Shown piece after piece: positions 59,527 through 64,000 of a DNA stretch of 64,000 nucleotides. Origin of the DNA: Carpediemonas membranifera BICM (taxonomy: Eukaryota > Protista > Fornicata); NCBI GenBank assembly GCA_019828565.1, contig JAHDYR010000024.1, forward strand, positions 427,664-491,663, read 5' to 3'. Numbering within the stretch: the first letter of the stretch is position 1; each line of letters opens with the position of its first letter. The notes under the pieces are model-generated. The model saw only the letters and a program-made list of their open reading frames with translations. It made no database searches and had not been told where the DNA came from. A program made the position numbers and the translations under genes.

Positions 59527-62500
59527 ATGGAACATGAACTGAGCTTTCACGAGCTGGGGAACCACAAGACGCCATATAGGCCATCCCCGTTCGGCACAGG
59601 AGCTACGCGTGTGACGCCAAAGGTCTCTCAGCGTCCCGACGATGACGAGCATCACATTGACATCCCAAGCCCGACGAGAGAGGACGGTGCCAGCGCACAG
59701 TACACAACGCCGATGCAGTCAACCATGCATGATTCAGAAACGCAGGAACTTAGCGCGAAGATTGACAGCTTGGCGGCAGAATTCCGTGCCCTTCAGCAAC
59801 ACGTCCTTGTGCCCACCACCCGCCGCCAGCCCCCCTCCCAGGTCGCCCGCAGCTACACACAGGGCCTAGAGGCGTCACTGGACCAGTACAGTGCCAATGG
59901 GCCGCTCGACCTCGGGGAGCGGGTCGGGCGGATTGAGAGAATGGTCGCGGCGTTCAGCTCGCACTACCCCCAGGTCGCCCAAACAGTCGAGGTCGACGCC
60001 TGGATGGTGAGCAAGATCAGTGACGACAGAGACGAGCTCATGGCCGCCATCAGCGACTCTATCGACCTTTCCCAGGCCGTCCTCGAGAAGTACAAGCGGA
60101 CACGCAGCTGGAAGACCAAGCTCGAGCGGGAGCTCAAGAAGCAGCTGGATCCCCTCGTTGACCGCATACACCAACACGACTCCGACCTCGAGGCGCTCAG
60201 AGGGTGGGCGGCCGGGGCGAGGGTCCAGCCGAGAGTTGAGCCCCAGGGCCTCGGCGATCTCGAGGCCCGGATCGCGAGGCTGGAGGCGAGGGATACCAGC
60301 GCCGGGCTGAGCGAGCGTGATGTCCGTGCACTCGCGGCGAAGGTCGTCCGAGAAATCCTGGACGACGACGACACCGCCGAGGCCGCGATGGGACCAGCCT
60401 TCGACCTGCGTGTGAATAGGATACTGAAAGGACGGCTTGGCTCGGCCACAGAGGAGCTCGGTCGGGCAAGAGCTGACTGGACTGCAGACCTCGGCCGTGT
60501 GAAGGCGGCTGCCGACGCGGATAAGGCGGAGGCCGAGCGGCGGGAGACAAAGCTCCGTGTCGCCCTGGATAATCTGGCCGATCAGCTGCGCTCCGAGGCC
60601 CGCCAGCGTGATGAGGCCGCCACTGCCACGGCCATGCAGGCCAAGGCGGTGGACGAGCGATTGGCCGACCTCGAGTCTACTGCCCAGCAGTCTGCCAGTA
60701 GTGCAGATGTGGATGCTCTCTGGGCAGCCCACGAGGAGCTGCAGACGTCCCTCCGTGGTGCGACCGAGACGGCGGCCGGGCTGGGCGATCTTGTCCAGAA
60801 GCAGGGCACCGCGGCCACTGAGCAGTACTCAAAGGTAGTAGACTTCATGAGCGAGTTCGCAAAGCAGACAGACGCCCTCTCAGCGGCCGTCAGCGCCAAG
60901 GCGAATGCCTCTGCTGTCGAAGCTTTTGTCAAGCAGCAGGGCGACGCGTTCGCGTCCCAGCAGGCGGAGGCCGTTGGGAAGCTCAAGCAGACGGTGTGGA
61001 AAGCACTGGACGCGGTCGGCCACCGCGTGGACGAGGCCGAGCAACGAGCCCGGGGTATGGAGGAACGCCTGGCCGCCAGCGACGCGGCCATCGCTGCAAC
61101 GGCCAAGACAGTGGGCGAGGTCCACGAGAAGCTTGCCGCACGGTGCGATGGCCTTAAGACCGCCGACACCCGCCTCACAAACAGGATCCAAGCCATCGAG
61201 ACCGTCGTCCGTGACACAGAGACTCTGGTCAAGGATGGTCAGAGTCGCCTGGAGTCGGCCATGGATGCTAAGCACTCCAAGGTGATGGGGCGCGTCAAAA
61301 GCCTCGAGAAGATGGCACAGGCGTTGGAGAGGAGCAGTGAGGCCGCGGCCAAGGAGCACAGCGAGGCGATGACCGGGCTTCGGAGCCAGATCGAGGATCA
61401 CACTGCCACCTACACGCGGGCCCTGGAGGCGATGAACGCCAGTGTCGACGGGAAGCTGGGAACCCTGACTGCACTTGTCGGTCAGAAGGCGGAGTTGGCC
61501 GATGTCGCTGGGATACAGAGCCACCTGGAGGCGAAGGCTGACGCCCTCGAGCATCGCGTGGATGAGACCGTGTCCGCGGCCAGCACAGACCTCAGAAAGG
61601 CCTCTGTCGCGCTTGAGACGCGCATTGAGGATGTCCAGCGGACCATTTCCGGTGTCGAGGAAGCAGTAGGGGCCACTGGTGAGCGTGCTCAGGCCAGCTT
61701 GGTCACACGACTGGCTGCCCTGGATGAGGCCATCGCCAGTGAGGCTGTCCGCATCACCAAGAACGAGGAGACCGCCTCTGACCGTGCCGCAGCCGTTGAT
61801 CGCAGTGTGGCCGAGCTCGGTCAGCGCATCGACACTGTCGTGTCTGCTGCCGCCTCGCGGGCCGACGAACTCGCTGCTGAGATTGATAGCCGGACTGCAG
61901 GCCTGTCGCAATCTGTTGCCCGGCACGACGAGATAATCACGACAATGGATATCCGCCTGGGCACACTCGACTGTGCCGTCCAGGAGGTCGCTAGCAGCAG
62001 CACATCGGAAGAAGTCAGGATCAGTGTGGGTGCGCTTGCTGCGGACATCAAGCGCGTCGAGGCAGACGGGGCGGCCACCGTCGCTGCACTGGCTGGCCTC
62101 CGCGATGAGATGAGTGGCCATGCCGATACGGCGGCAGGGCATGTTGTGAAGCTTGCGGAGCTCGAGCAGTTGTCATTGGAGCATAGCAGCGCCATCTCGG
62201 GTCAGGCGACAACACTCGCTGAAGTTTCCGAGAGGACAGTCGCTCTCGCCGCAGAGAACGCGGAGACGACCAAGGTCCTCGGGAAACTCAGTGATGGTGT
62301 TGACAGCCGCTTCAACGCCGAGGAGGCCGCCCGGCAGAAGCAGCATGACACCCTGAGTGGACGTCTCCAGGACGTCGAGCAGGACATCAAGGTCGTGGCG
62401 GACAATATCCCGCGAGAGATGGAAGGCATGCTTCGTCGGGAGATCGCGACGACCTCGGAGTCCCTGCAGTTGCAGATCGAGCTGCTCGGACAGGACATGG

Positions 62501-63234
62501 CCGGCGATATGAACCAGAGGGTGCAGGAGGCCCACGACAGACTTACAACACTGGACACAACTCTGACCAAGCGGGTAGACGAGGCCCGGCTTGAGATCCG
62601 CGGCTGTTCGGAGCGTGCGGACGTTTTGGAGGGTGCGACCGAGGAGCGCATCGAGGCCATCAACGTCGCCATGAGAGCACTTCGAGAGACAGCCACTGAG
62701 CAGGCCGCGGCCCTCTCGGACTCCCTGGTGGAGCAGCAGACCGGAAGCCGCGACCACCGGGCCAAGATCGACCTCAAGGTGCGCGACCTCGCGACCCGGG
62801 CGACCGAGCTCGAGAGCAGGCTGGCCGGGGCGACATCACAGGTGGAGGTACTGAGCGGTGCGATGGTGCGGGCGGAGAGGGGACTGGAGCATCTCAAGCT
62901 GACGGCGTCATCGACGACAGTCGGCATGGATGAGGTAAGGGCACGGGCACGGACTCAGAGCTCGAACCTGCAGGCGATTGGGGCAGTCATTAAGGTGCAC
63001 GACGACGCGTTGTGCGAGATTGCCGAGACCACCATCGAGATGGCGAAGAAGGTCGACCCTTCCAGAAGAGATCCCCGAAAGAACTCAGAGATGGCCATGT
63101 TCGCGGCGGTACAGCGGCGGAAGCCAGCTGAGGGAGGCGATAGGCCGGCGATCAGGTCGCTGCTGACTAGTCTGCACAAGGATGACTCCGCGGCCGGGTC
63201 TGTGGCGCCCAGTGTGGTGGAGGGGCATGAGTAG
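59527..63234 (+). CDS. Very long Ala/Glu-rich coiled-coil protein (~1235 aa)
   Basis: Uninterrupted ORF with heptad character throughout; no catalytic motif. Confidence 0.8.
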   Translation: MEHELSFHELGNHKTPYRPSPFGTGATRVTPKVSQRPDDDEHHIDIPSPTREDGASAQYTTPMQSTMHDSETQELSAKIDSLAAEFRALQQHVLVPTTRRQPPSQVARSYTQGLEASLDQYSANGPLDLGERVGRIERMVAAFSSHYPQVAQTVEVDAWMVSKISDDRDELMAAISDSIDLSQAVLEKYKRTRSWKTKLERELKKQLDPLVDRIHQHDSDLEALRGWAAGARVQPRVEPQGLGDLEARIARLEARDTSAGLSERDVRALAAKVVREILDDDDTAEAAMGPAFDLRVNRILKGRLGSATEELGRARADWTADLGRVKAAADADKAEAERRETKLRVALDNLADQLRSEARQRDEAATATAMQAKAVDERLADLESTAQQSASSADVDALWAAHEELQTSLRGATETAAGLGDLVQKQGTAATEQYSKVVDFMSEFAKQTDALSAAVSAKANASAVEAFVKQQGDAFASQQAEAVGKLKQTVWKALDAVGHRVDEAEQRARGMEERLAASDAAIAATAKTVGEVHEKLAARCDGLKTADTRLTNRIQAIETVVRDTETLVKDGQSRLESAMDAKHSKVMGRVKSLEKMAQALERSSEAAAKEHSEAMTGLRSQIEDHTATYTRALEAMNASVDGKLGTLTALVGQKAELADVAGIQSHLEAKADALEHRVDETVSAASTDLRKASVALETRIEDVQRTISGVEEAVGATGERAQASLVTRLAALDEAIASEAVRITKNEETASDRAAAVDRSVAELGQRIDTVVSAAASRADELAAEIDSRTAGLSQSVARHDEIITTMDIRLGTLDCAVQEVASSSTSEEVRISVGALAADIKRVEADGAATVAALAGLRDEMSGHADTAAGHVVKLAELEQLSLEHSSAISGQATTLAEVSERTVALAAENAETTKVLGKLSDGVDSRFNAEEAARQKQHDTLSGRLQDVEQDIKVVADNIPREMEGMLRREIATTSESLQLQIELLGQDMAGDMNQRVQEAHDRLTTLDTTLTKRVDEARLEIRGCSERADVLEGATEERIEAINVAMRALRETATEQAAALSDSLVEQQTGSRDHRAKIDLKVRDLATRATELESRLAGATSQVEVLSGAMVRAERGLEHLKLTASSTTVGMDEVRARARTQSSNLQAIGAVIKVHDDALCEIAETTIEMAKKVDPSRRDPRKNSEMAMFAAVQRRKPAEGGDRPAIRSLLTSLHKDDSAAGSVAPSVVEGHE

Positions 63235-63842
63235 GCCGATTTATGTTAAATGCTAATCAACAGTACACGAAAAACGGCCTCGTTAGTGAAATGAGACCTC
63301 TTATGCCCCTTCTAGCCCGTATAGACTCGTTTGGACAGGCTGTTGGCGCCCTGGTGGCCATGGCCGGCCGAGTCGATTTTCAGCGAATTGGGTCGCAGAG
63401 CTCGAGCGATGGTTTTGAAGGTGTTGGCGAGGTCATCAGAATCACGTGAAAGCGAAGCAATGAGGCTAATATGGCTTTACTAACGCAACTGAGTGGTTCA
63501 AGCGCTTGAAGACATCTCACTGTGCCACTTTCGGCGATGACACCGAGAACACGCTATACTCAGAAGTACTGCAAGCACAGCCCTCGTGATATGTCTTCTA
63601 GTATCACTATACGCTCTCTGTTAGCTTCTTCATCCATGTAGCTCTCCCCAAGGGTAGAAATTTGGCCCAGGAGTTCCATCCGGAGCACACCCCAGCCACG
63701 CCGCCCTGGAGCACCTCTCGGCACGCCATGTGACAGTATGAGGATCATCTAACACATTTCTACCTTTATAGGTATTGTACCTCCCGCGGTACCCTCGTCC
63801 TCCGGTGCCGGCCCGCACCATGCCCATGCACGGCCCCAGCCT

Positions 63843-64000
63843 GTAAGGTAAGGTAAGGTAAGGTAAGGTAAGGTAAGGTAAGGTAAGGTAAGGTAAGGTA
63901 AGGTAAGGTAAGGTAAGGTAAGGTAAGGTAAGGTAAGGTAAGGTAAGGTAAGGTAAGGTAAGGTAAGGTAAGGTAAGGTAAGGTAAGGTAAGGTAAGGTA
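63843..64000 (+). repeat. Putative telomeric repeat (TAAGG)n, about 31 perfect copies running to the window end
   Basis: Perfect pentamer array with the G-rich strand running 5'->3' toward the end. Confidence 0.85.

Noticed and set aside
63560-63827. Subtelomeric ORF fragments faintly resembling a protein kinase (ILEDISRGL)
   Set aside because: No HRD, DFG or VAIK motifs; the similarity is too weak.
63843-64000. The repeat reads as tandem AG/GTAAG splice donors, or as a CRISPR-like array
   Set aside because: It is a coincidental permutation of TAAGG with no spacers; terminal position and strand fit a telomere.

Overview
A very compact, GC-rich eukaryotic chromosome end from a flagellated protist using the standard genetic code. 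The intron style and telomere unit suggest, by inference only, a fornicate/metamonad such as a Carpediemonas-like organism. It holds about 37 protein genes with intergenic gaps often under 100 bp and ends in a (TAAGG)n tract oriented like a telomere. Recognisable genes: three identical histone H3 copies interleaved with two copies of a bacterial-type small-molecule kinase, a PAS histidine kinase, PPIP5K/VIP1, DUS3, a PAP2-like protein, a SHIPPO-repeat flagellar protein, CAP, DPM1, RPL37A, RPB7, GlnRS, VTA1, kinesin-1, a CC2D1-like protein, a GNAT, DDX24, TGS1, GSAP- and FAM91A1-like proteins, an AGC kinase, uridine phosphorylase, a truncated PP2A-A, and several coiled-coil or orphan proteins. 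Most striking: nine spliceosomal introns that are all 28-30 nt (GTHHGT...AC-N-YAG); an H3/kinase tandem array whose H3 has a histone-type 3' stem-loop and lacks S10, T11 and K79; a PPIP5K with two phosphatase domains, one apparently dead; a bacterial-type GNAT with a myristoylation-like N-terminus; and a TAAGG telomere only about 600 bp from the last gene. All family assignments are from motif recognition by eye, not database searches.
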